NCBI GenBank assembly: GCA_964016885.1
Contig: OZ024740.1
Span: forward strand, 206,894,001-206,958,000
Source: Eledone cirrhosa
Taxonomy: Eukaryota
Length of the DNA stretch: 64,000 bases
Direction: 5' to 3'
Position 1 is the first letter of the stretch, and every line of letters begins with the position of its first letter. The position numbers and the translations under genes were made by a program. Below, piece by piece: positions 1 to 13,490 of this stretch. Under the pieces are notes generated by a model that did no database searches, was not told the DNA's origin, and saw only the letters and a program-made list of their open reading frames with translations.

Positions 1-54
1 TTTTGGCGTGGGAGACTATTTATTAAATTTAAGATGAATACTATCTCCGACAGT

Positions 55-177
55 AATTGTTTCTATTTTAGGCACAAGGCCAGCAATTACCCAGTACATT
101 ACTGGTACTTTATTTTATCGACCCCATAAGGATGAAAGGCAGAGTTAACTTCGGCGGGATTTGAACTCAGATCATAG
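55..177 (-). mobile_element. tRNA-derived SINE (family A), 5'-truncated
   Basis: Matches the recurrent SINE: B-box GAGTTCAAATCC on the minus strand, core GCCTTTCATC..GGGGTCGATAAAATAAAGTACCAG, 3' end AGAAACAATTA. Confidence 0.85.
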
Positions 178-299
178 TAATGCCACAGCTACAGCCAGGT
201 TGAATAACTGGTTATTCTTCTAACTATCCCTTCTGAAGACACCTTTTATTCGAATTCGTAGAGATATCCGACTAAATACATAATTCATTTTACAAGGAT

Positions 300-3200
300 T
301 TGCTACAAACAGCATGGCTGAACACAACATCAGCAAAAAAATTAAGGAAGTATCGAAGACAAATAACAAGGAAGGTAAATAAACTTTATTCAGTTGTAGC
401 TACAGAAGAAACCGAAATTATAAATCGCATTTCTCTTGGAGTTGCGAACTTAATAATGATTTATTTAATTGTTATAAAATGGCAAAAAACAATCCCTCCA
501 TTGGCTATATGAATAGAATGAAGCTACACTGGGACGAAATGCACCCAGAGCTAAATTATTTCACAGCGAAACAATTACGCCAACAAGCGACGTTTGTTGA
601 ACGTAAAAATAAGATAAACATTATTAATTGTAAGTCCCCCCACAACAAACATGGAATCAACAACACGTGCTACAGGTCGCCATGCTACTAGACTTCCTAG
701 CAGCCAGGTCGAACAGCGCCTTGAAACAACTATGCCTGTAAGAAACTTGACACCACCTGTACCATCTAAGTCTACCTCGAATGCTGGGGAAAACACTATC
801 GATAATAATAATAATCGAAGAAATAATAATAATAATCGAATAAATGTGACACCACGTGTACCACCCGAGTCTACCTCGACTGTTGTGGAAAATACTATCG
901 ATAATTGTTTCTACTTTTGGCACAAGGCCATCAATTACCCAGTACATTACTGGTACTTTATTTTATCGACCCCGTAAGGATGAAAGGCAAAGTTAACCTC
1001 GGCGGAATTTGAACTCAGACCACAAAGGGACGTAACTATGCTGGAAAGCATGACGTCCGACTCTCTACCGACACTGCCAATCATCGATAATGATAATCAA
1101 AAGTATAAACAATTGAAAATTTCCCTCAACGAAATCTTCCAGAGAGAAATTAACTCATGTATAAATATCTCTCTTGCTGAACGTGTTAAAATGACAATGG
1201 TGAATAAAAAACCAAATAATGAAATACTACGCGTTATTGACGAAATAGGGGATGAATATTTACGACGGATAAAAACCCCAACATTTTGGCAAATCAACGC
1301 CTGTTTATATGCCTTAGCAATAACAGTGAAGCATTATCTTGGTGATAGCAGAGATATTAACAAGAACAAAACACCACCAAAAATGACATCATATATAACT
1401 AAAATAGAAAAAAAGAGTGCTGACCTACGAAAAAACATAGTACATGACAATGCTCCTTACTTGCAAACAAACACAAAAAAACCTCACTCCTCACCAACAA
1501 AGAGTGAAAAATAAAATAGAGACTATGTTTGGTAACAGTAGAACCAGAACTCTCCAATATAAGCTGATCACCCTCAAACAATAATTGAAAGCTGTTAGCG
1601 AAAAACGCCGATACCTGAAGAAGGTAGATGAGAGAAAAGTGCTTAATAAAAGATTCAGACGAAACCAAACATCAGTCTATAGAGATATAAAGGGCAAAAT
1701 AATAAGTGTCACTGAGGCCCCATCCCAGAAAGACATAGATTCCTTTTGGAGAAAAATATGGGGTGAAAAGGAGAATTTCAACCAAGATGCAGTGTGGCAA
1801 AGAGAAATCCGAAAGAACTATTGCTCCTACACTACAACAAAAACATACGAAATAAGTGACGTACCCTTGAGACTGTGATAGGAAAACTCCAAGATAAGAA
1901 AACACCAGGAAGAGACATGATACAAAAAACTAATATTGTATCGTAGGTATCTTACTGACCTCTACCAACAAGTTCTTAAAGGAGATACACTTATACCAGA
2001 ATGGTTGACATTAGCACAAAGGTTACTGGTCCCCAAAAACAAAGACACCCACTTGGCAAAAAACTACCGACCCATTGCATGCCAGAACCTGATGTATAAG
2101 ATGTATACGGCCTGCCTGAACCTATTCCTCCCAGATCACTGTGAAAATAATAACATCATCACAGATGAACAAGCAACTGGAAAGAAAGGGGTTTGGGGAT
2201 GTGCTGAACAACTCCTAATCAACAAAACTGCGATGTCGGAGGTGCGACAACTTAGGAGGAATATGACGACAGTCTGGCTGGACTACAGGAAAGCTTTCGA
2301 TTCTGTTTCCCACTCTTGAATGATAGAGGCCCTCCAACTTGCTAAAGTCCCAGACATTATTGTCAGAGCCATAGAGAGGCTGTCTTCTTCTTGGGCTACT
2401 ATCCTAAGGTTAACGACAGAGAGCGAGGACTCTATTTTCACTGGTAAAATAAAATATTGCAGGGGTATATTTCAGGGGGACAGTCTCTCTGTGATATTGT
2501 TCATCTTGTCATTAAACCCCTTATCCTTTCTGCTCAAGAAATGTGAGGGATACATCATTGGCTCACAGGAGGACAGAAATACGAACCTAACCCATAATTT
2601 CTTTGTGGACGATCTGAAACTCTATGCCAAGAACATGGATGGGATGAAGATAAATGTTGACCTGGTTACAACGTTCTCAAAGGATATAGGAATGGAGTTT
2701 GGCCAAGATAAATGCTCAAACATGACTGTAAAGCGGGGGAAAACAACAAGCCAATCTAGCAACATTGTCATCAATGGTCTAACTGTTTCACCGATATCTG
2801 ATGAGGACTGCTACAGATACCTGGGGATAGATGAGAACATATCCTATAATGGTATCTGTAATAAATAACGCGTAACCAGGGAATACTACACCCGATTAAG
2901 AAAGATCTGGTCATCGGAACTCTCTGCGCAAAACAAAACAGTGGCTCACAATGTGTTTGCTGTGCCTGTCCTAACACCAACGTTTGGAATACTCAATTGG
3001 ACGATAGACGAAACCCGAGCAGTTGATGTTGGAACTCGAAAATACTGAACAACACCGGAAACTTCCACATCAACAGTGACATAGACCGCCTTTACTTGAA
3101 ACGTAAGCAGGGAGGCAGAGGCCTAACATCAGTCCAGACAACATTTGATTGTCGCATCATATCTCTCCGACAACATCTACGAACCTCGAAGCGTAGGAGC

Positions 3201-4295
3201 CCGTTTCTCGAGCAAGTCTATCTGCATGAAACAGATAAGATCATGAGAGTTGGGAAGGAACTCCTCGAGAGATATTCCCTGTGGGATAATCAAAAACTCA
3301 CACCCAGGGATGTCGCTCGGCAGTATCGCAGTGAATCCATGGATGAAAAACTGCATGCCTATCAGCAAAAAATCATGCATGGATATGTTGCCAGGAAGCT
3401 CCAGAGTGAGAGTAATATAGATAAGGAAAGTAGTCTATCTTGGACCAACAACCGCTATATTGGCTCCCACTTTGAAGGATACGCTTTTGCAATCCAGGAA
3501 CAGGAGATTAGCACGAAATACCTGATTCACAAAAGAGATAAGGATGCAGGCAAAACACCTAGATGTGATAACAAGTGCAGACTGTACAATGCAGTTCGTA
3601 AAAAAGATAGCCCCGATAATAAACATATTAAAAGCTACAACAATGTGGAAGACACCCATGTACATAATATGAAAGAGTACTGGTGGAATGTTCCAGTAAA
3701 AACCCCAATAAAATGCAGGCATAACAGACCAGATATTATGATATGGGTCAGAGAGAAGAAAACATGCACAGTAGTGGAAATTAGCTGCCTAACAGATGCC
3801 AATATAATAGCAAAGATTAGTGAAAAGGAGAATATTTATGCAGAACTGATGAGAAATCTGCAGATACTCCACTCTGATTACACCTTAAGATTTATGCCTG
3901 TGATTATTGGGGCACTGGGATATGTTAGTAACTGCCTCAATACAAATCTTGAGAAGCTGGGCTTTACAGGAACAGAAAGAACACAACTAGTTAGGAAATT
4001 ACAAGTACAATCCATTAACGAAACAGTAAAAATATGTAAAACATTCCAAAAATGTTGCATCTAATAACTGCATATACACATGTACAGATACAAAGCATAT
4101 ACACATGCACACATACAACTCAAAACATCCACATCCACACATACAATAACATCCATATCTACACATGCATGCAGACATGCAGACATATCTACCTAGTTGA
4201 TGTGTAAATTCCAATAAGAGAGTCTTGTGTCTATGTTAGAAACCGACTCTCTCTCTTGGCAAACATTTGTGAAATTATAAAACCAGAAGTACATA
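300..4295 (+). mobile_element. R4/Dong-type RLE non-LTR retrotransposon, degraded by stops and frameshifts
   Basis: ORF pieces carry RT motifs NYRPIAC, WLDYRKAFDSV, GIFQGDSLS, FFVDDLKLY and YRYLG. The C-terminal restriction-like endonuclease reads HNRPDI..VVEISC and PVIIGALG. The 3' end runs into (TACA)n at ~4290. The 5' boundary is uncertain. Confidence 0.85.
906..1082 (-). mobile_element. SINE family A inserted in the R4-type element
   Basis: Near-complete copy flanked by a 9-bp TSD ATCGATAAT (897-905 and 1083-1091). Confidence 0.9.
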
Positions 4296-4369
4296 CATAC
4301 ATACTTAAATTAAACAAGTAGTGTAACGAATATGTGTTAACTAATTAAAGGGCCGTACATTGGAATTCA

Positions 4370-5100
4370 CCCATTCCATCATTCAGCTCTTCAGCCTGAT
4401 GCGGGACTATGATTAGGTATTTTTAATGCCTTGTACGTCCTGACTTAATCAAAAATTCTCTACTACATGTACCACATGTCAAACTGTTTGCTAGGAATTG
4501 GTCGCATTCGACCTATGACATTTCTGCTTGCTTGCGTAGGTGAATTGTATAGCCAGCCTTTGACAGGCATTTTTAGCCACATACATCGCATATAAACTGG
4601 GGTACAGAGGTCTCAACATGTTGGCTTTTCTTAGATGCACAATTAATGCCCATTCCGAAGCAGATTCCTGAAAAAGTATTACACCATTAGATATAGCGGT
4701 GCGCCACATGTTTCTATCTAATGCTATGACCTTCCGGTTAGATGGGTCAATGTTAAGGGAGCTTTCACGCAATTCTCGAAATGTAGTTTGGGTTTGTGTT
4801 GTGGTCTTGCATCAGATATTAACTTGCTATAAAGGACTTGCTTAGGGATTCTGATGTCGACAGATCTAACATGGCCTATCTATCGGAGTCAGTGGTCGTG
4901 GGTGTGAGCTTCTATACTGACTACTCCTGCATTTTGTAATATTTCTGTGTCTGCTATGTGTGTACTCCAGTGAACCCCGAGAATCCAGGCAACGCTGATG
5001 AAGCTGTTTGAGGAGTTTAGTGTACCTGCAATTGACAAACGAGGTCTCACAGAAATATAAGAGAATAGACAGAATACATGCATTGTATACTGCAATTTGT
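4370..5100 (-). mobile_element. Degraded RTE (BovB-like) LINE 3' fragment
   Basis: Translated remnants ILGVHWSTHIADTEILQNAGVVSIEA, IPKQVLYSKL and IALDRNMWRTAI are typical of the RTE C-terminus. Confidence 0.6.
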
Positions 5101-5873
5101 CTCTTCTCTAATTCCCTTCCAGCTCCAAAGATGTACCCTAAGACTTAGAAAGCAGATGCAGAAAAGTAAAAAACCTCACGACTGATCAGTTAAAACAATG
5201 TACACAGTGGATAATCCAGACAGAAATAGCGACGGGCGTAGAGATGTGAATGTGCGTATCCACGTGCACATAGATAGATAAGTAAAAACATACAAAGACT
5301 GGTGTGGAGACACCAAGGTATGCACTAATACAACACATATGCAGAAATAGGTAAACACACATAGAAACCTACGGTAGTAGCAATATATAATGATACACAT
5401 ACATGCATTCCGTTCTGAGAGATCCTTCATTGAAGACCTTGAAGCAAGCTTGTTTCAACTTGGTGAACTCAGAGTTTTATTCAACAGTCAGGCTTAGAAT
5501 TTCTACATACTTCAACCATGGATCCCAATAATATCTTCTGTTTGGTTCGGTTAACAATAATTTCTTTGTATTTTCTACTTGACATAAATGTCTGATATAC
5601 TTCAGGGGGTTGTATGTTGATGAGGTTTCGTAAGGAGGAAGTCTTGACCATATGTTGTGTTTCTATGTTAGTGTATACAAAACTGCATCCTCTTTCATTG
5701 CGATTGACTCAGCTCCAACCCCTTTAACCATGCTTCTTTGAAATTGAACCCAATATGCTTCCATTTTGTTTTCTTTTGTATTTCAATTTCCTTCGGAAGC
5801 CAAGTCTGTACTCTATATATCAGACGAGATCTCATACATGCTTCAAACAACTTTCTTCTGGTATTCATATTAA

Positions 5874-5931
5874 CATTGTCGTCTGTTACTACTGTTATCA
5901 GATCATTAAACTTAGTATACACACACACACA

Positions 5932-5980
<49 letters not shown>

Positions 5981-6700
5981 ACATGCACATGCACACACCA
6001 CACATACACAAACACATGCACACACAGACATACACACACATTGTCGTCTGTTACTACTGTTATTAGATCATTAAACTTAGTATACACACACACACACGCA
6101 CACACACACACGCACATGCACATGCACGCGCACATGCACACACCACACATACACAAACACATGCACACACAGACATACACATACACACACATTGTCGTCT
6201 GTTAATACTGTTATCAGTTCATTAAACTTAGTACAAGGGCGGTGGATTGGCAGTATCGGTAGAGGGTTGGATGCCATGCTTTGATGCATAGAGTTACGAC
6301 CCTTGCCATTCTGAGTTCAAATCCCGCCGAGGTTAACTTTGCCTTTCATCCTTACGGGGTCGATAAAATAAAGTACCAGTAATGCACTGGGTAATTGCTG
6401 GCCTTGTGCCAAAAGTAGAAACAATTAAACTTAGTACACACACACACACACACATTGTCGTCTGTTAGACGCACACACACACACACACATACATACACAC
6501 ACACACACATATACACGTACACACATATACACACACACATACACACAAGCACGCACGCACGCACACATACACACAAGCACGCACGCACGCACACATATAC
6601 ACACATACACACATTTACACATACACACATTTACACATACACACACACATACACATACACACATACACATACACCAACATACATACACATACATGCACAC
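5874..6700. repeat. Compound repeat: ~47-bp LINE-derived core repeated 3-4 times, alternating with (CA)n/(CACATA)n tracts
   Basis: Core ATTGTCGTCTGTTACTACTGTTATCAGATCATTAAACTTAGTA at ~5875, ~6040 and ~6191, with a partial copy at ~6454. Confidence 0.85.
6236..6423 (+). mobile_element. SINE family A, full length
   Basis: A-box-like TGGCAGTATCGGT, B-box GAGTTCAAATCCC, and a 15-bp TSD ATTAAACTTAGTACA (6221-6235 and 6424-6438). Confidence 0.92.
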
Positions 6701-6851
6701 ATGAGGTAACTAGAACAAGAACTGAAACGAGATGGGGATGGGGTGTATCAAAATAGTCGTAGTGGAGGTCACAGAATGTGTGTCAGAAAAGCTTTACCAT
6801 TTAAATAAAACTCCGGTTATTAAACCTATAGATTAGTTATCTGACTAATAA

Positions 6852-7357
6852 TGGTTTGTTATAAAGGCACAAGGCCAGCAATTTGGGGGGAGGGGAAAAT
6901 CGATTAGATCGACCCCAGTGCGTGACTGGTACTTTATTTTATCGACCCCGTAAGGACGAAAAGCAAAGTTAACCTCGGCAGGATTTGAACTCAGATCATA
7001 AAGGGCTGTAACTCTATGCTGCAGAACATGGCGTCCGACCATCTACCGATACTGCCAATCCACCGCCCTCTACCTGACTAATAATTGTTTCTACTTTAGG
7101 CACAAGGCCAGCAATTACCCAGTGCATTACTGGTACTTTATTTTATCGACCCCATAAGGATGAAAGGCAAAGTCAACCTCGGCGGGATTTGAACTCAGAT
7201 CGTAAAGGGACGTAACTATGCTGGAAAGCATGGCGTCCGACCCTCTACCGATACTGCCAATCCACCCTGACTAATAATTGTTTCTACTTTAGGCACAAGG
7301 CCAGCAATTACCCAGTGCATTACTGGTACTTTATTTCATCGACCCCGTGAGGATGAA
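6852..7357 (-). mobile_element. Cluster of three head-to-tail SINE family A copies (long variant 6852-7068, 7083-7267, truncated 7277-7357)
   Basis: Three matches to the SINE, each preceded by CTGACTAATAAT. Confidence 0.88.
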
Positions 7358-7539
7358 GTGCGTATGTTTTTATAGACATGACCCTTCCGAAATATAACAA
7401 TATCCCTTTCAACACACTATTTCACATCAAATGAGTAATGAGTAAGTGTTCAGCAGATTATATAGTACTAATTCATTCAGTAACCACAAGCTTCTGGTAT
7501 CGTTGGCCCTAGGACCACCTCTCTAACCACCACCATCGC

Positions 7540-7660
7540 CACCGAGTTAGTTACCCGCAGGTGTAAGCCTTGCGAGCTGGAATAGCTCTTCCAACGCGTC
7601 TCCCTCACCATCCTCCGGGAAAACGCCTTCTCTGCTATCTCCTCCGGGTAGTCAACGCGT
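7540..7660 (+). mobile_element. CRE-type RLE retrotransposon 3' fragment
   Basis: Translates LFQRVSLTILRENAFS and is homologous to 20085-20150. Confidence 0.55.
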
Positions 7661-7789
7661 AGGCTTCCGTTTGCTTATAATAGTGAGAGATGGGGAGAGC
7701 GAGTGAGACGGAGGCAGTGAGGGAAAGAGAGAGAATATCAAGACACACACGCACTTGATAAGACAACGATAGGAAGGATATTCACCCGT

Positions 7790-8720
7790 AGAAAACCCCA
7801 ACCTTTTGGCGGAAACTGAATATTGAAGGTGATTATGGCTTGATGAAGTTTGTCCTCTTTGTATCAGTATAGTGGGTTGGTTTTTTTTTACATTATTGTC
7901 CTTCTTTGAGATGTTAAAATAATTTAATAAGTGTTTATGGGTTTTAGATTTTGTTGATTAGACATCAAATATTTGGTAGTTGGTTTTCAAAAGCGAACGA
8001 TGTGTTCTTCCATAACTGTCTCAAAGGTCTGGAATGCGCATGCGTGGAGCAGTTATATGAGTCACTTTGCTCCATGCAGCTCTAATATATCTTTTATTTA
8101 TGACTTTTGTGTGTTAAATTCCCCACATTCCTTTCCGTCGCCTCTATGGTCACCTCATTGTCTCGGTTGTGGCATTTGTTAAGGTATTATTTAACAGATT
8201 AAGCTTTCGTGGTCATATGCTCTGTGATCGGTAAGTGCAGCATCCAAAGGGTACTTCCGATGTGCGAGTAGCTACAGTGTCTGCATGTCACTTTGTAGAC
8301 TATATACGCTTGATGGGACAGTTAGGAAGTGTGCATATATCGTTGTATGTAGGTTGGGGTTTATAGAATAGTTTCTTCAATGAAGGTCCCGAGTGTGCCA
8401 GTTGTATGTTCAGTCCCACCCTACTGATATAGCTTGTCGAATGGCAACGGTTGTCTTCTCATTGAAATACGGCAGCTTTAGGTTGCATATGATGAAGTAC
8501 GTGTCCATGCTGTTCTTTTAAGTGGTGTCTTGGCGTTTCAGCCTTTGATGAGAAAAGTTGGGTCACCGTTCACGATGAGAACTTTCTCTAATTTCTCCGT
8601 ACTGGTGTGTTTATCGCCACCCTCGCTGCATCTGTTGCGCACCCAGCAGATTATAATTCTATATATAGGCTATTTTGGCTCTGTAGGAAAGAATCGTATG
8701 ATACAAAACGTCTCTGCAGC
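7790..8720 (-). mobile_element. Degraded Penelope-like element (GIY-YIG region)
   Basis: Minus-strand translation at ~8320-8217, YIVYKVTCRHCSYSHIGST..LH.PITEH, matches the PLE GIY-YIG signature VY..C..C...YIG.T.R.L..R..EH. Confidence 0.65.
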
Positions 8721-10249
8721 CACCCTTCTTGTAGAATTTGGTGTATATGAATCCCTTTCTCTGTGATTCAGATGGTAAATGCTGTTCACACCAATTGATC
8801 CATGTATGTGATAGCCAGCAGGCATGTGAGACTTGACCCCATTAGCAGACCCGAAATATGTTTGTAAATGGAGGCCTCAAATTGGAAAAAGGTGTTGCAC
8901 ACGATGACAACTTTCGTAACTGCAAATGGGGTCATAGGTCAATTACTGAAACCTCTACAACCAAAGAGGAAGACGTAGATCACTTAATGAAGATTATACA
9001 TCCATGCCACCAGATGTATTCCACTTTATTAAGCTCTCTACAGCCACTCCGGGAACGAAGGCCATTTAATGAAAACCGTACTGTCACGATGGGAGCGTAG
9101 GCCACTTTATAACCCTTTATGTTCACGTGTGATTTTGTGTCTATGGGGCTGGGTTCACGATCATAAAGTTATGCGTTCGATTCCTGAGTCGGGCAATTTA
9201 GTTGTGTCCTTGAGAAGGAAGATTCATTTCACGTTGCTCCAGTCAACTTCGCTGAGAAAAGAATGAATACCAGCAACAGCAGCAGAGAGTTAACTCTATG
9301 TCCGATTGGTGTTACGTCCAGGGTATAGTCTTCTGCTCATAGTCGTTGAATGCCAATAAAACCATGCTTAGCCACAACCTGGTGAGCCTCTAAGATCGAA
9401 ATACACGTAGGTGGACGTAGGCCGAATAATATACCCTCGGGAGTGCTATACACAACTTAGTGATTCCTCACCTGCCACCCTGGACGACACAGGTCCCATA
9501 ACGAATCTTTTGTGGCCACGCTGGAGCATAAGCTGTTGAACGAACCCATTATAGTGACAGCGGGTGACATATACCTGCTTATGGACAGTCAATGCTCACA
9601 TCAAAACATGTACACCATATAACGAACACTTTCCTACCTTGCGATTTCTTATTCTTCTAACCTTTGACTATATTACCTAATGTGTCCTTCTTGATTTTGA
9701 TATACTAGGATGGACTATAAAGAAGATTTGACAGCTATTTTTAGTGGTTTGAATTACGACAGAACGTTTCCTTTGTAGACCCATGCCGAATGTATCCAAG
9801 GAGTATATAATTATGGGTATATAATTGTGTGTTGTGGAGTTTGGGTGGATATCAGGCGCGAGAGCCCCCATTTGCTTATAAGAGTGAGAGAGACGGAGGC
9901 AATGACTATACCAGCATTGCTGAAGTATTTTGTAGAGTTAAAGGTTAAGTGCTTTTACGATAAATAGGTAGATAGCCATATATACATATATCTATCTGTC
10001 TTGTGTATTTATACATATCTTATGAAATGAGATTTAAGTCTGAAGAATGGTATAAATGAAACAGTGCAAGAAACAACAAATAATAGCAAGATAGCATTTT
10101 TCTGTGTGATATTAATTTGGACAATTTTATGCTAAGAGAAAAATAAAGTCTCGTAAAACTCCTTACTCAGTTTTAGCATTGTTTATATGAACATTGAAAA
10201 TAGATTCAACATAATCAATGATTATGTCCATTCCCCACGACATGCCACT

Positions 10250-10385
10250 CCCAGCAACATGAGAAGGAGCCTCGACGCAGCCGGCTTCCCGTCACAACTG
10301 GAACAGGTAGGCCCCGATCGTAGTGACGGCATGTGATCCAACGAAATTACCTTCTTCCCTTTCGAAAGAGGTAAATCCCTCATTT
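10250..10385 (+). mobile_element. CRE-type RLE fragment
   Basis: Translates LDAAGFPSQLEQVGPDRSDG...FFPFERGKSL and is homologous to 19755-19870. Confidence 0.6.
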
Positions 10386-11639
10386 TTTTCCTTTATGGCT
10401 TTTAAAGTCCTTCCCTTCTTTACCCCTACCCTCTTTCCTCCTTTTTTTTCATTTTGTTTGTTTTGTTTTTAATATTTTCATCGTTGTATAACATATGTTA
10501 AATAAATAAAATATATTTACAATATAATTTATTCTTTAATTCCAATTAGCAATATTCAATAAATAAATAATTTATTTTATATATGTATATATATTCGTAG
10601 AAAAGTGGAAAAACTCGACGTAAGGAAGCTGTTAAAACAGCTGAAATAGTTCCGTCAAATCGTTGAAACTGCAGGTGGTCTGAAATCTGATGAGAGTATT
10701 TTAATGTTTGTGATCTCTTCTCATCCATTCTATTTCTTCCTTCCTATCAATTCTTCGAGTCAACTCACTTCGAGCCGCCGATTTCTGTCTTCCGATGTAA
10801 GGTTTTACCCAACAGCATTTTGTTGTTTTAACAGCTTCCTTACGCCGAGTTTTTCCATTTTCCTACGAATTTTTATACACTCGCGTTTCGATAGTATATA
10901 CACATGTATATGTATATGCATATTCGTCTCGGGGGCAGTTCCCCCATCGCCCGCCACTTTCGATTTTCCTTTCTTGTAGTTTTTTCTTATTCATCCATTC
11001 TAATTTCTTCTTGAAATGCCTATTGCATTCGTTTTGAGTGTATTTCGTTTCACGTCGGATGACGCTCATGAAGTCATCTCTCTCGTTTGCTGTGATGAGA
11101 TTTCGGATTTCCTTACCGTTGATGCGTTTTTGTCTGTAGAGTGCGTTGACTTTTGTGTATGTTGTTCTTTTCATATTAACTGTTATTGTGTGTTTTAGCC
11201 GTTCGGCTTGTGTTTTGTTCAATAATAAATTATTTACTTGTTTTGATATGTTTGTTGTGTATGTTTTGGAGGAAACACAGTGTTTTAAGAAGCGGATTTG
11301 TTCTGTTGTTATTGTAGTTTTATATAACAGAAAACAGTGTCTTTCAATAACCTTTCAGCTTGGCACAAGCTAATGCCGTAGCGGCGATGAATTAGTTTAG
11401 CGAGGTTTTTTATATGAAATCGTGTGTCGAAACAGATATTGTTATACTTGGGGAGGGTCATATTTGTGTAATATTGCCAGAATTAATAACAGAACACACT
11501 CACTGTTTGGTTGGTTTTCGCTTCTCGCTGTCTTTTATATCTGCGATCTAACTTACTCGGTCCTCAATGTTGCCATTGACTGACCGACGGTCAAAAATAA
11601 TACAGATACAATATAGACACAAACACATATATATAGTTT

Positions 11640-11696
11640 ACATAATTTACATAAATCTTTCGTTGCACATCTGCAACATCGTCAGTGGTGTTATAT
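11640..11696 (-). ncRNA. Minimal type-I hammerhead ribozyme in the pLTR, sense to the PLE ORF
   Basis: Reverse complement of the copy at 13037-13093. Confidence 0.65.
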
Positions 11697-11966
11697 TCTT
11701 TGTTCCTCCTGTTGTGTTGTATGTCTACGCCATTTTTTATTCAGTCTGTCTATATATTTATTTATTTATTTGCTTGTTTGTTTATCTTATTTTATTTTGT
11801 CTTCTTTGCGCATGCGTTTGCGTGTGTGTATAGTGTTATGTGTGCTGTGTGACTAGTGTGTATAGTGTTGTGTCTGCTGGGTGACTAGTGTGTGTTTATG
11901 TGCTTGTTGTTATTGTGCTTGTGTATGTATTTATTTATCTTATTTTATTTTATTTTATTTACTTAT

Positions 11967-12521
11967 TTATACTTCTCTTAGGTCAGTGTTGTTTGTTTGG
12001 GTGTTGTTGTTGTTCCACTCATTCTTTCTGTTTAGCTTTGGTCTTCTAATTTCTATTTCACTGGCCTCTCTGATTTGCCTATCTGCTGGGTCATTCCTAT
12101 GTTTAGATATTATTCTAATTTCTATGTTGTCTATGTTACCGTCATGTTGTTGTCTAGCATGTTCGTATAGTACTGACCCGTTTTTTCGTCCTTTTAGTTC
12201 CCCCCAGTGTTGGTCTAACCTTTCACCTATGCTACGAGCTGTCTCACCTATGTATGTTGTTGTCATGTTTCTGCAAGTACCCTCTGTACATCTTATGCTA
12301 TAGACTACGTTTCTAGTTTTACAGTTTATCCGGGGGTTCGCCTTACATATGATACATTTCCTATTGGTACAGTGGGTTTTCTTAAAAGGGTAGGTTTTGC
12401 TGATCAGGGATTTTATGGTGGTTCCTGGCTTTTCTACCACCTTTATTTTTAAGTGGGTCTTTCTCAGGGCCTTTCTACACTGGTTAGCTAATTTCCCTCC
12501 AGGGGTGGCGTCCACAAACAT
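11967..12521 (-). pseudogene. GIY-YIG endonuclease domain of a Penelope-like polyprotein, truncated with no RT
   Basis: Cys-rich linker (CTNRKCIIC) followed by VVY...YIGET.R and the conserved Glu/Asn of GIY-YIG. Confidence 0.85.
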
Positions 12522-13036
12522 GACACTCTGATATCTCTGGTTGTCGTACCATGATGTGGCCTTCCCTATCTTATGCTAGACAACAACATGACGGTAACAT
12601 AGACAACATAGAAATTAGAATAATATCTAAACATAGGAATGACCCAGCAGATAGGCAAATCAGAGAGGCCAGTGAAATAGAAATTAGAAGACCAAAGCTA
12701 AACAGAAAGAATGAGTGGAACAACAACAACACCCAAACAAACAACACTGACCTAAGAGAAGTATAAATAAGTAAATAAAATAAAATAAAATAAGATAAAT
12801 AAATACATACACAAGCACAATAACAACAAGCACATAAACACACACTAGTCACCCAGCAGACACAACACTATACACACTAGTCACACAGCACACATAACAC
12901 TATACACACACGCAAACGCATGCGCAAAGAAGACAAAATAAAATAAGATAAACAAACAAGCAAATAAATAAATAAATATATAGACAGACTGAATAAAAAA
13001 TGGCGTAGACATACAACACAACAGGAGGAACAAAGA

Positions 13037-13093
13037 ATATAACACCACTGACGATGTTGCAGATGTGCAACGAAAGATTTATGTAAATTATGT
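13037..13093 (+). ncRNA. Minimal type-I hammerhead ribozyme in the inverted pLTR
   Basis: CUGACGA (13048-54), extra U, stem II GUUGCA/UGCAAC with GAUG loop, GAAA (13072-75), self-complementary AGAUUU then A. Stem I is CA/UG plus AUAUAA/UUAUGU around an internal loop. Confidence 0.68.
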
Positions 13094-13353
13094 AAACTAT
13101 ATATATATGTGTTTGTGTCTATATTGTATCTGTATTATTTTTGACCGTCGGTCAGTCAATGGCAACATTAAGGACCGAGTAAGTTAGATCGCAGATATAA
13201 AAGACAGCGAGAAGCGAAAACCAACCAAACAGTGGGTGTGTTCTGTTATTAATTCTGGCAATATTACGCAAATATGACCCTCCCCAAGTATAACAATATC
13301 TGTTTCGACACACGATTTCATATAAAAAACCTCGCTAACCTAATTCATCGCCG

Positions 13354-13490
<137 letters not shown>

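Noticed and set aside
6236-6340. tRNA gene suggested by A and B boxes
   Set aside because: It is the head of a multi-copy SINE with TSDs, and no convincing cloverleaf forms.
5695-6709. Cys/Val and His/Thr ORFs, and similar YI-repeat ORFs elsewhere
   Set aside because: They are translations of (CA)n, (GT)n and (TA)n microsatellites.
10039-10070. CTGAAGA...GAAAC hammerhead-like motif; similar weak ones at ~5440-5470 (-) and ~21555-21590 (-)
   Set aside because: Stem II is very short, or the core or NUH is defective. They may be relics but cannot be distinguished from chance in AT-rich DNA.
12551-12766. Plus-strand 71-aa ORF identical to the GIY-YIG C-terminus
   Set aside because: It is the inverted pLTR arm, not a separate gene.
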